Below are positions 48,577-57,246 of a stretch of 64,000 nucleotides of DNA, one piece after another (the stretch's first letter is position 1; each line of letters opens with the position of its first letter). Source of the stretch: a phage; the NCBI GenBank assembly GCA_020619395.1, contig GCA_020619395.1_4860.1; one strand, written 5' to 3'. Below the pieces are notes generated by a model that saw only the letters and a list, made by a program, of their open reading frames with translations, had not been told where the DNA came from and searched no databases. The translations under genes and the position numbers were made by a program.

Positions 48577-48976
48577 TGTAAGTAACCCCTGTAGTTAACA
48601 TTTTCCAGACACCGTCTCCTACATGCCAGAGGAGAAAGTCGGATTGTGGTAAATAAGTCATGTCCTCGTCGATTGCTTGCCAGATGCAATCGGTGTCCCG
48701 TATCAACAACTCAAATCGACAAAGAGCCCAGTATTTTGCCGACGTGGTTGGAGTAATGATTGGGTTATCGTGAACATACTCCATAAAGAACTGGCGTATC
48801 ATGCTATCGATAACGCCATATTTTTTCCGCAGAACATGCAACCGAACAATTTGCTCGATATAGTCGTCAAGCTCTACCGCAGCATCCTGGTAATCGATGC
48901 CGAGATTCTCTTTGACGAGTGCGGTGAGTCGGCAAGTCAATCGCACGAACTCAGTATAAACCGTCATCATAGACAT
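48569..48976 (-). CDS. hypothetical protein
   Basis: 135-aa ORF. Confidence 0.5.
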   Translation of the reverse strand: MSMMTVYTEFVRLTCRLTALVKENLGIDYQDAAVELDDYIEQIVRLHVLRKKYGVIDSMIRQFFMEYVHDNPIITPTTSAKYWALCRFELLIRDTDCIWQAIDEDMTYLPQSDFLLWHVGDGVWKMLTTGVTYND

Positions 48977-49259
48977 CTGTTACCTTACGTGGAATGAAAC
49001 GGAGAATTCTGTCTGCTTGATTATAATGATACCGATACCCTTTCGGAGGAATGCCCATTTCCTCACAGATAGCACGATGAACGTGTGACGCGATGGTGTG
49101 GATTTCCCGCGAATGACTTCTGGGACGATAACACCTAACAATCAGTGAGACTGTTTCTGTGTCCCACGCACCGTGTTCTGTAAATGTCGGAATCATGTAT
49201 TCGAGCATACAGAGAATGATATGCTTCAACCCCGTGTTAACATCATACATGCTGAACAT
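48951..49259 (-). CDS. hypothetical protein
   Basis: ORF-track 48951..49418 trimmed to Met at 49259, which removes a 146-nt overlap with 49273..49923; start uncertain. Confidence 0.4.
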   Translation of the reverse strand: MFSMYDVNTGLKHIILCMLEYMIPTFTEHGAWDTETVSLIVRCYRPRSHSREIHTIASHVHRAICEEMGIPPKGYRYHYNQADRILRFIPRKVTDVYDDGLY

Positions 49260-49272
49260 GATGTCGCTGGGG

Positions 49273-49923
49273 TCATTCAATATCCTGACGTATGCCGTCG
49301 AGGCAATGTGATCGATCAGTACCAGACGGACGATATCGTTTGTTTGGGAAGCATTGGCGGTAGTGGATGAATCTGATGTCTTCTCCAATTTGTAACTCCA
49401 GAGATTGCACCTGCCCACGACGGGTTATGTGTGGTTCCAGTTTAATCGTCGCATAACGATTAAACGGGTGTTTGGCGGCTTTCACAGCATTCTCCACAAG
49501 CGCATGGATACTGTCCAGGAAACTGTTGTAACAGTCTTCGAATGCTAATCCGATAAGATATTCGGTAGAACGTAAAATCGCTACGGTCTCTTTCGTCTTA
49601 TTAACCGGAGTACCCAAACCGCCACTGGAAACGTGTGTACGTTCCACAGGAACTGTTTTCGGTGGAAGTATGATCTGGTCAGCCACCAACATCATCGTGA
49701 GATTAAAAGCGTCAGTATAAGGTTCCAGCAAAGGTTCCATACGTGCATTAGGCATTTCCGGAACGGAGTAAAAGATATCTTCGAGCGCAGTGTGTAACAG
49801 TTGTACAGTTAACATCTCGCGTTCTTTTTGGCTCATCCGCAGAGCGGTAGCGTACTGGGAAGCATCGACAGGCCCCCAGAAGCTAGAATGAACCGCAGCT
49901 GGTTCGAGGTATATTCTGACCAC
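49273..49923 (-). CDS. hypothetical protein
   Basis: 216-aa ORF. Confidence 0.5.
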   Translation of the reverse strand: MVRIYLEPAAVHSSFWGPVDASQYATALRMSQKEREMLTVQLLHTALEDIFYSVPEMPNARMEPLLEPYTDAFNLTMMLVADQIILPPKTVPVERTHVSSGGLGTPVNKTKETVAILRSTEYLIGLAFEDCYNSFLDSIHALVENAVKAAKHPFNRYATIKLEPHITRRGQVQSLELQIGEDIRFIHYRQCFPNKRYRPSGTDRSHCLDGIRQDIE

Positions 49924-50153
49924 GTTTGCACAACTCCATTTTTGTAATGAAAGGGATAGCTATGGTTTCGGCCCAACGCCGAAATAACAAACCACGCTTC
50001 CGTGCCAAAATAACTTTCGGCAATGCGTGTCCACTCGCGTGGAAACTCATGCGTGCCGGGATAAATGACTTCTTGTATCGCGCACAGTAACATGTCCGCA
50101 GGCACAATCTGTTCATTTGTCCCTGGAGAGAAATTAAAGAACATGCGCGTCAT
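49833..50153 (-). CDS. hypothetical protein (first gene of the operon)
   Basis: 106-aa ORF; promoter-like motif 31-45 bp upstream; overlaps 49273..49923 by 91 nt so one of the two starts is probably wrong. Confidence 0.4.
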   Translation of the reverse strand: MTRMFFNFSPGTNEQIVPADMLLCAIQEVIYPGTHEFPREWTRIAESYFGTEAWFVISALGRNHSYPFHYKNGVVQTWSEYTSNQLRFILASGGLSMLPSTLPLCG

Positions 50154-50183
50154 CGAGAAATGCTCCTTAAGGATAATTCACGA

Positions 50184-50198
50184 AGATAATATCTATGC
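50184..50198. promoter_or_regulatory. AGATAATATCTAT promoter-like motif
   Basis: agataatatctatgc in the divergent region between minus start 50153 and plus start 50317. Confidence 0.3.
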
Positions 50199-50316
50199 AA
50201 AATTTCTTCGAGTATGGTGCGCACATAAAGGTCGTAAAACGTATTTTAATGTCAGGCAATGGGATAGCATTACCCGATGGTATGAGTTGTCCTACGAGCT
50301 TCATAGGAGCCTTAGA

Positions 50317-51129
50317 ATGAATGTTATCGACTACTGTCTGCGTAAAATCAGACAGCATATTCCTGCCCCGATTCTACAGGCGGCTTTTGTTCCAGAAAAC
50401 CTCAAGTTACTGGGAATTGCAAGCTCTGTAGATAACGAAATCCAACAACGTGTTATTCGTGAGATTCTGGTCCCTGAAATCTCCAGAATGGGGCAGTATC
50501 AAGAAGTAGATTTGCAAGGTGTCCCTTGGGATAACGACACGCAAGATTATTTCAGTCGCGTGTATTATCTCGACGACATCAAAACAGGCGGTCGTCCTAT
50601 TCTGGATGCCCACATTTCTGTAACACCCGTTGCCGGACAGGCGTACACCATGCCTCCCGCAGGTTCATATCTGGACGGTGCCACCTCTGGCGTATTAGCA
50701 TCCACCCAGCAAGTGGTTGATAGTCAGTCGGCGATGCCACGTATCGCCTCACCAGAGGTCGAGGTACTCGGCCCGAATACCATCCGTATCAAAGACCCAG
50801 GCATGTTCGTTTACTCTACCAAACTCGTGGTGAAGTACGAACTATCCCAGGAGATGAACGAAATCAAACCAGCATTCTATCCGGTTGTAGGTGAGCTGGC
50901 AGTCATGGCTGTTAAGCAATATATTTACAACACCATGATCTTCGACATGGATTCCGGTAAACTGGAAAATGGTATGGAGTTCGGTGCCTTCAGAAACGTT
51001 ATTGAAGGTTACTCGGACGCGGGTCAAATGTTCGAAGACACCTTACCGAAAATGCAACGTTGTCTGGTCCACAACGACAACATCGGAAACCGTTGGAACT
51101 ACATGAACGGTGGACGCTTCAAGTCGTAA
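50317..51129 (+). CDS. hypothetical protein
   Basis: ORF-track 50065..51129 trimmed to ATG 50317 (MNVIDY...), which has AGGAG 8 nt upstream and leaves room for the divergent promoter region. Confidence 0.5.
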   Translation: MNVIDYCLRKIRQHIPAPILQAAFVPENLKLLGIASSVDNEIQQRVIREILVPEISRMGQYQEVDLQGVPWDNDTQDYFSRVYYLDDIKTGGRPILDAHISVTPVAGQAYTMPPAGSYLDGATSGVLASTQQVVDSQSAMPRIASPEVEVLGPNTIRIKDPGMFVYSTKLVVKYELSQEMNEIKPAFYPVVGELAVMAVKQYIYNTMIFDMDSGKLENGMEFGAFRNVIEGYSDAGQMFEDTLPKMQRCLVHNDNIGNRWNYMNGGRFKS

Positions 51130-51184
51130 CAAAAAAAGAAAGATTCCGTACCTCTACGCGAGTAGAGGTACTTCTTCTTTTTTA
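51129..51184. terminator. bidirectional rho-independent terminator
   Basis: Hairpin 51148-51171 (gtacctctac / gcga / gtagaggtac) with A-run 51129-51140 and T-run 51172-51183. Confidence 0.65.
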
Positions 51185-51571
51185 ACCGGCAACACCCAAC
51201 ACATCCTTAAGATGGTGGGTAATGCCTGACGTCCACGCCTCACCTTCACGCACGATTTCTGGTTGAGCGTTAACCAGTCGGCGGAGAGAAATTGTGTGTT
51301 CCGCTAAACCCGCTACTGGGAACACAGGCGGAACGGTGGCTTGTTTAACATAATCGACGACATCATCAAAGCCTTCGTTAGAAGACCAATCGATTTCTAC
51401 GCCGTCGCAGACATCTAATTGACGCGTGTTGTTCTCTTCATCGGGGTGGAAAGTAAAACCCCATTGAATAGTATCCAGGAGACCACGGTCAAGTTCGTTG
51501 ACCACTTTAATTTTCTTGAGGGTATCCGGATGCGCCATAATCACGTCCAGCGGACGCAGTTTGTTTTTCAT
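51182..51571 (-). CDS. hypothetical protein
   Basis: 129-aa ORF. Confidence 0.5.
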   Translation of the reverse strand: MKNKLRPLDVIMAHPDTLKKIKVVNELDRGLLDTIQWGFTFHPDEENNTRQLDVCDGVEIDWSSNEGFDDVVDYVKQATVPPVFPVAGLAEHTISLRRLVNAQPEIVREGEAWTSGITHHLKDVLGVAG

Positions 51572-51638
51572 CGAGCATCTCCTTTGGAATCTATTACAGC
51601 ACAGACTCCCTACAAGATAGGTGCCTGCCGTAAAAAAG

Positions 51639-52055
51639 TCAGTGTAAGGTTCCGAGGGTTTTATAGTGTTTATAATTCATTGCGTGGATGCTGTCTAACA
51701 CAATGGCGAATACTTCCTCATAAGGTAGTCGTTTCTGCATAACTGCAGCGCACATCGAATCGAATAAAGAAGGCATTAGCTGCGGCATTTCATTTATCGC
51801 CGACGATTCGCTACGGGATAAACACTCGCTTGTATTTATTGTTGGTGTGTCTGACCCAGTGTAGATAGCCACAACATCTACCACATCTAGCGAGTCGAGC
51901 CACGGTTGGAATTGAGGCAACTGCATTAGCACCGGAAAGACCTCACTTGCAAGCATTCTTGAATAACTGCACTGCGGTCTTAAAGTCGTGGGTAGCTTAT
52001 TTTCTTCCAATGCTTTAAATAAATCTTGCGTCTGGTAATAGCACTGCGTAATCAT
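51639..52055 (-). CDS. hypothetical protein
   Basis: 138-aa ORF. Confidence 0.5.
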   Translation of the reverse strand: MITQCYYQTQDLFKALEENKLPTTLRPQCSYSRMLASEVFPVLMQLPQFQPWLDSLDVVDVVAIYTGSDTPTINTSECLSRSESSAINEMPQLMPSLFDSMCAAVMQKRLPYEEVFAIVLDSIHAMNYKHYKTLGTLH

Positions 52056-52091
52056 GGTAACTTCCTCCTATAAGATTCTGAGGCAGTCGTG

Positions 52092-52128
52092 AAAAAAGAA
52101 AAAAAAAAGAGGGAACCGAAGTTCCCTC
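52092..52128 (-). terminator. rho-independent terminator after CDS 52143..53090
   Basis: Hairpin 52109-52128 (gagggaac / cgaa / gttccctc) with a 17-nt + strand A-run 52092-52108. Confidence 0.6.
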
Positions 52129-52142
52129 AAAAGCATCGACTA

Positions 52143-53090
52143 CTAACCAAACTGATTTTCATACGCACGGAGCCATTGCTCATGCGGGAATAAATTATAG
52201 ACCTCTTCGGGAACGTGTAACATCAGCCACCTCACGCCAATACTGCTCGCGTACCACGAAGCGTATGGATAGATTGAATCCTTCGGTGGTGCTAACGGTG
52301 ATGGTAACTGTTGAACATCGGTGACAGGGTTACCGATAACTTCACCGCCGGGTAGTACAGCCGCTAGCATCCAGGTCGTTGGGTAGTAATTACCGCTATC
52401 TGTTTTAGCCAGATAACGTAAGTCTAAGTTTTCTGGCTCGAGCTGTTTGCGTAACGTTAAGAACAGGCACAACTCAAACGGTGCGATGTTCAATCTGGTG
52501 TTCGGGAGACTGTGTCCTTTATACCAGTTTGCATAGCCTGCCTGGAGAGCGTGGATTGCCAGAATCGGTCTATCCACATCCACAGGTAACTGGAGCGGTG
52601 TAATGTTCAAATCAGCTACAGTTGGAAACATTACCGGTTCAGGATTGATAAGCTGGTTATACGCTTCCCGTAAACGATTCATCTTGATGCGCAATGCACC
52701 GTTCGTTAACATCAGCCTACGTCCGTGGTTTTCATCTGTAGCCCGTTCCGTAAAGAGTGCATCGCCGAAATGGCGAACGAATTCGATACTTAAGAACCTG
52801 GTGTGGTACGTAGGTGAGGTATACTCAATAAACTCGTTCTGTTGGAATCCGAAGTAGTGGAGCAATTCGCCGTTACCCCATTTGAACACAAATCGGAATT
52901 CGAAGTTCTTGTACTGTAGTGCATCTTTTACAGCACGTATCGCTTCCCAAGCGTCGAAATTCGTTCTGTATAACGAACCGAAAGGGAAGAATCTGCGAGG
53001 TAAGAAAGGTCGAATGCGGGTTGCTTCTGCGAGGCTGAAGCCATCCTGGTTTAATCCTTCAATAGCACTAGGATTACTTGGTCTGTACAT
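52143..53090 (-). CDS. hypothetical protein
   Basis: 315-aa ORF with promoter-like motif upstream (53150-53164). Confidence 0.55.
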   Translation of the reverse strand: MYRPSNPSAIEGLNQDGFSLAEATRIRPFLPRRFFPFGSLYRTNFDAWEAIRAVKDALQYKNFEFRFVFKWGNGELLHYFGFQQNEFIEYTSPTYHTRFLSIEFVRHFGDALFTERATDENHGRRLMLTNGALRIKMNRLREAYNQLINPEPVMFPTVADLNITPLQLPVDVDRPILAIHALQAGYANWYKGHSLPNTRLNIAPFELCLFLTLRKQLEPENLDLRYLAKTDSGNYYPTTWMLAAVLPGGEVIGNPVTDVQQLPSPLAPPKDSIYPYASWYASSIGVRWLMLHVPEEVYNLFPHEQWLRAYENQFG

Positions 53091-53149
53091 GATGCTTACC
53101 TTTTATAGTCGAGTTGGGGGAATTCAGATGAGGCTTTCTCATCTCACTT

Positions 53150-53164
53150 AGGTAATATCTATCT
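53150..53164. promoter_or_regulatory. GTAATATCTATCT promoter-like motif
   Basis: ggtaatatctatctg, 60-75 bp upstream of minus start 53090. Confidence 0.3.
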
Positions 53165-53180
53165 GTGAATATTTGGAATA

Positions 53181-53224
53181 CAAAAAAAAAATAAAAGAGT
53201 TGTCCTCACTCCGAAGAGTGAGGA
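53181..53224 (-). terminator. rho-independent terminator after CDS 53316..54137
   Basis: Hairpin 53201-53224 (gtcctcactc / cgaag / agtgaggac) with + strand A-run 53181-53196. Confidence 0.6.
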
Positions 53225-53315
53225 CTTCCCTGGTGTTGGCATGTAAATCTACAAGGTCTTACAAGGTCAGACGAGGGCTAATCGTCAGGAACATAGCTAC
53301 TGGGCGTTAGCTAAT

Positions 53316-54137
53316 TCAGCGAAGGACGTCGGTAGTCTTACCGTGAGAGTTAACCACGTAGACTTCGTCGCCTTTATAAAACAGTTCGTACAACGCACCG
53401 GTACTGATCTGGTTATCAGGATCGTATCCAGATTCTTCTTCGATGCACATTGCGCCAATCAGTTCATCGACTGACCGGTCGCCAGGGCGAGCGCCTTTTA
53501 AAACAGTAACAACAGACTCACCGTTAATCCACTGCGACTGCTCCTGGACACCAGTGAACTCGATAGATGGACCAGGCTCTAATTCGACTTGTTGCAGTTC
53601 TTCCTGAGTGTAGACAATGATCGCCATGTCGCTATCAGGAGATGGTTTGTACCAGCCTAATTTCTCTGGGGGAGTACCGAAACCAACGAGTTCGCCGCAG
53701 ATACTATCCATGGCTTCTGGTTCACATAAATTTGTCGCCAGTACCAAGATAGCATTGCCCTTATTATCTAGCACGTAGCTAATAAACTCGCGTGCGTTGC
53801 AGTTAAACACCTCGACCGTTTCCAAATCGGGGATAATAAGGTTGGGGAAAAGCTGCCGCAAATACGTGTGTGCATAAACCTGACTTTTATATAATCTGTG
53901 CGACCAGCTGCAGTAGTCAGACAAATGCATGGTGTTCGGATCAGGCACATCAGGGGCAACGCGTTTTAACCCCGGATTAAGGGCTAACTTTTCATCATCG
54001 ACAACAATGTCGAAGCGCTCGTTCTCGAGCATCTTTAACGCCTCGCGGAATACACGAGACTTACGGTCACCGATACGAACTTTTTCATGTTCGGTAATAA
54101 TGCGGTCACCATCAATTACACGTTTAACTGTAAACAT
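53316..54137 (-). CDS. hypothetical protein
   Basis: 273-aa ORF; last phage-type gene before the island. Confidence 0.55.
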   Translation of the reverse strand: MFTVKRVIDGDRIITEHEKVRIGDRKSRVFREALKMLENERFDIVVDDEKLALNPGLKRVAPDVPDPNTMHLSDYCSWSHRLYKSQVYAHTYLRQLFPNLIIPDLETVEVFNCNAREFISYVLDNKGNAILVLATNLCEPEAMDSICGELVGFGTPPEKLGWYKPSPDSDMAIIVYTQEELQQVELEPGPSIEFTGVQEQSQWINGESVVTVLKGARPGDRSVDELIGAMCIEEESGYDPDNQISTGALYELFYKGDEVYVVNSHGKTTDVLR

Positions 54138-54517
54138 GTTGCTTCCTTCTTACTACTATTGCTGCTTCTATTGGTAGTCCACGACATATCCCTCGTGGGT
54201 GGGTTCGGTGTGTAACCGAATAAGTTTTTCTGTTCCCAGGGCAACGCACCAGGCTTAATTGATTTAGTTGGCAAACCAGGAACAGAAAAGGGGTATACAG
54301 ACTAGGGCGCGAGGTGGCTCTGGATGGATGCGTAAGAAAAACCCAAACGGCCCTGGCCTGTAAGTTGGCCCGAAGTCACCGTGTCGGAGGACAGCCCATG
54401 CAGGTAGGCGGCAATGGACACGGTGACCGCGGAAGTGGTTCGTGTTACCCTTGACCCGTGTGTGGATACGCGTCTTAATTCGAATGCCTTCGGGATAAGG
54501 GTAACACAAATGGGGCG

Positions 54518-54661
54518 AGCAAACGGACGGATTCGAACCGTCGAAATATCCGATTATGAGTCGGGTGTTAATTCCTCTAACTTCGCTGCTCTTGCTTTGA
54601 CCGGACTCGAACCGGCGACCTTCCTCGAAGAGGTTGCTCTACCTACCTGAGCTACAAAGCC
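54518..54661 (-). ncRNA. two tandem degenerate tRNA-like elements
   Basis: Element 1 (about 54518-54595): D-arm GTTA/TAAC, anticodon-like arm CCCGA-CTCATAA-TCGGA (CAU loop), T-arm GACGG-TTCGAAT-CCGTC, acceptor pairing imperfect. Element 2 (54593-54661): acceptor GGCTTTG/CAAAGC, D-arm GCTC/GAGC, T-arm GCCGG-TTCGAGT-CCGGT, but anticodon arm and variable region too short. Confidence 0.3.
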
Positions 54662-55706
54662 ATTGTTCATGGCATCATGATAGTTACACTCAACGTACCA
54701 CACCCCTACTGGTTTCCGTTTCGGGGGACTTAACCAGACACCATACGTCCAAGGTCGACGCTTAGGTGTGTTATCAGTTGCCTGACTGGAAATCTCTTAC
54801 GAGACGTCTACGTTGAACCGGCAAGCCGGCCATGATGTGAAGATGGGGGAACGCCCAGGCTTCCGCCCAGTCGAGTGAGGTACGAATCCTTCACTCCTGT
54901 CATCACTGATGGTGACAGCGCTCCCATTGTAAGGTGCCGGTGCATCCCGGCGTGTGTTAGTGCACTCAGCTCCCTCGGGCTTATCTGCGGCAACACGTTG
55001 CCCGGAGCACCGACATATACCACAGTAACCTCGTAAAGTCACTCTGGTATTGTTCGTTGCATACTACTAAGTTATCACGTAAACGATTTCATCACTTCCA
55101 TAAATAATAATTAACCTAAATTCATTTCTGAATGCGGGTGATGGACTTCTTCTTCTGAGCCTGGCCGCAAGGTCAGGTCTTAGCGCCTCCAAGCACCACC
55201 CGCTATCACGTACATTCGTGGCGTACCGGCCGTATGAGGTACCGCGCCTACGGTGACACACAGTCACCCTAACACTGGGAACTCAATCCCATTCGGTTAT
55301 CAGATTGTGGATTTACAGGCGTAGCGTAGCGGCTTAATGGGCCGGTGCTTGCCTGTCCCCTAGGGACGGTTGTCGTGGAGACGCCAGTCTGTAAGTGGGG
55401 CCCTTGCGGGAAAACCCATCGCCTGTAAACCAAACATGATTGAATACCCAGAACCGGACGTTGGAAATCAACATCCTGATGTACTGGAGTATTTCATGCA
55501 TAAACGTGTCTCGTATCGAATGAGGTTATGACCGGTCAGATACCCAGCATCCTGTACAAGCGACCTGGTGCTTTGTGTACCTGGCTGCTACGGATTTATT
55601 GGTCTACCGTAGGTCTGAGCTGCTACCGGCTCATGCGGGACATCAACCCGCACAATCTGAGTAAGTATCATGGCTCGAATAGGGTTAGTGGGCCGAAGCC
55701 CACTGT

Positions 55707-55961
55707 TTAGCCAGCATTGAACGATTCATGAACGACGGTCCCAGCAGGATAGTGCGTAGTGCCGATAAGAGTAACGGTCAGGGTAAGCCCTTCATCCCAG
55801 CGCTCTTTCGGTAACCAGCGGCAGTCCATCCAATGACCACAGTCGGGAGGAATTGCACACGCAGCTTGCTCCGTAGGAGCCGCCACGATTATGGAATCAA
55901 ATTCATCATACCCGATATCGTCAGTTCGTTCTAGCAAGTACAAATTCATGTTGTTCTCCAA
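55707..55961 (-). CDS. small hypothetical protein carrying one copy of the repeated NLY...VVAA..EQAA module
   Basis: 84-aa ORF with GGAG Shine-Dalgarno upstream; N-terminus MNLYLLERTDDIGYDEFDSIIVAAPTEQAA resembles two segments of 56671..57246. Confidence 0.45.
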   Translation of the reverse strand: MENNMNLYLLERTDDIGYDEFDSIIVAAPTEQAACAIPPDCGHWMDCRWLPKERWDEGLTLTVTLIGTTHYPAGTVVHESFNAG

Positions 55962-56013
55962 CAGTTGACAAATCTGTGTCTTCTGTGTTGAACCTGAATT
56001 CGTTGGCTAAATG

Positions 56014-56089
56014 TGGCGGGGGCACGAGGTTTCGAACCTCGAACCTTCGGTTTTGGAGACCGGTGCGCTACCAATTGCGCCATACCCCC
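56014..56089 (-). tRNA. tRNA-Trp (anticodon CCA)
   Basis: Hand-folded 76-nt cloverleaf: acceptor GGGGGTA/TGCCCCC, U8, D-arm GCGC-AATTGGTA-GCGC, anticodon arm CCGGT-CTCCAAA-ACCGA (U33, CCA, A37), variable AGGTT, T-arm CGAGG-TTCGAAA-CCTCG, discriminator G, encoded CCA. Confidence 0.85.
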
Positions 56090-56182
56090 AGAATTCTTTA
56101 AACGTGTTTATACGGATGCGCTACCCCGTTATCGCAGGCGATTGATGGGGTCAAGCTTGCGTGCTTCTGACTCCCGCATGAT

Positions 56183-56674
56183 TCACCTCCGTAATTCGTA
56201 AGTGCTAATCTCACCACCGGTGTAGATATCGCATTCAGACGCAATCTCAATAGCACGAACCGCACTCGCGCCCATCTTCATCGCACCCAACGCATACTCG
56301 TAACCGCTTCCGGTTGCCAGAGGTGGTGTGGCTTCACTCCACCACAACGTCACGTCGTCTTCACGTTTTCCGCCGACTATCGCTTTTCCTGAGGCCAAAA
56401 GCATCAGGAAAGTAAAATCCATCTTCGCAGGTAACTGCGAGCTTTGTGTTAACCCCTTGTAGCCGGGTCTCAAGCGGACCGTTTCCAGCAGGGCCAACTG
56501 TCCTGTGATGTCACCGCTTACTCCGAACGCCACAATCCGTTCACCAGTAATCCACCACTCCTCGTCAGGAGGACAGACGAATAACTTCTGGGTATTCAGG
56601 TTGCAGATATTCGACCCACGGGTTAACTGGCCGTCAGCAGCTAAGACTTTTCCATCGAACGCTATCGTCGTCAT
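56183..56674 (-). CDS. HslV-like N-terminal-threonine peptidase (proteasome beta-type fold)
   Basis: Start at ATG 56674 (GAGGAAGG Shine-Dalgarno; ATGA overlap with the upstream stop) gives MTTIAFDGKVLAADGQLT... (cf. E. coli HslV [24 protein letters not shown]), plus GSGYEYALGAM (cf. GSGGPYAQAAA) and DIYTGGEISTYEL (cf. DICIYTNHFHTIEEL); recalled from the E. coli sequence. Confidence 0.65.
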   Translation of the reverse strand: MTTIAFDGKVLAADGQLTRGSNICNLNTQKLFVCPPDEEWWITGERIVAFGVSGDITGQLALLETVRLRPGYKGLTQSSQLPAKMDFTFLMLLASGKAIVGGKREDDVTLWWSEATPPLATGSGYEYALGAMKMGASAVRAIEIASECDIYTGGEISTYELRR

Positions 56675-57246
56675 TGGGCCACCTTCCTCGGTGTGTACTC
56701 GAATGTCGTTTCCGTCAGGTAATCCTGGCGCATCCAAGTCAGCTCCTGGCCTTGCTCACACTTGATGTTCGTAACCAAACCGGCTTCAAGTGGTAGCTCA
56801 CAGACCGAAACGATTCCGGGTTTATCACCGTCCCAATGTGCGAATGCCGCCTCGGGGGTTGTTGCCCCGACGATGATTCCGGCGTCGACATAGTCTTCGG
56901 TAGCGACGTCGCTGTAAACCAGGTACAGCTTGATGATCGACGGTTGCTTGGCTTGGTAGCCGAAGTACACTCTGGTTTTACCCGTGGTAAGATTCCAGGT
57001 GTGTCTGGCGGATTCGGAAACAAATTCCAAACCGGGATGGGAATAATCATCCCAACGGCCTTGCTTCAGAACCACCCCAGGCGTAACCATCGGGGTAGAC
57101 ACAGCGCCGTCGTAGCAGCACGCAACCGCTGGACGCTCTGCGCTAACCGGCCAGAAGGATTTGGCCTGCTCCTCGTTTTCGGCTAAGACAACCAAAACCG
57201 ATTCAGGCATCTCGTTTCGGTAAAACCCGACGCGATACAAGTTCAT
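56671..57246 (-). CDS. hypothetical protein with internally duplicated NLY/KLY...VV-A..EEQA/PEAA..W module
   Basis: 191-aa ORF with GGAG Shine-Dalgarno upstream; segments MNLYRVGFYRNEMPESVLVVLAENEEQAKSFW and KLYLVYSDVATEDYVDAGIIVGATTPEAAFAHW are similar to each other and to 55707..55961. Confidence 0.5.
   Translation of the reverse strand: MNLYRVGFYRNEMPESVLVVLAENEEQAKSFWPVSAERPAVACCYDGAVSTPMVTPGVVLKQGRWDDYSHPGLEFVSESARHTWNLTTGKTRVYFGYQAKQPSIIKLYLVYSDVATEDYVDAGIIVGATTPEAAFAHWDGDKPGIVSVCELPLEAGLVTNIKCEQGQELTWMRQDYLTETTFEYTPRKVAQ

Noticed and set aside
50065-50316. ORF-track start of the + gene at 50065
   Set aside because: The extension covers the divergent promoter region including the promoter-like motif at 50184; ATG 50317 has a proper AGGAG ribosome-binding site.
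54593-54661. tRNA-like element 2 as a functional tRNA
   Set aside because: Only 19 nt between the D-stem and T-stem (a normal anticodon arm plus variable loop needs about 22), G1-A72 mismatch and no CCA; reported only as tRNA-like.
55228-55257. Group II intron domain V-like sequence (ggccgtatgagg...cctacggt)
   Set aside because: Only the outer CCGTA/TACGG stem pairs; the inner part does not form the conserved 34-nt D5 hairpin with GNRA loop, and no reverse transcriptase/maturase ORF is present.
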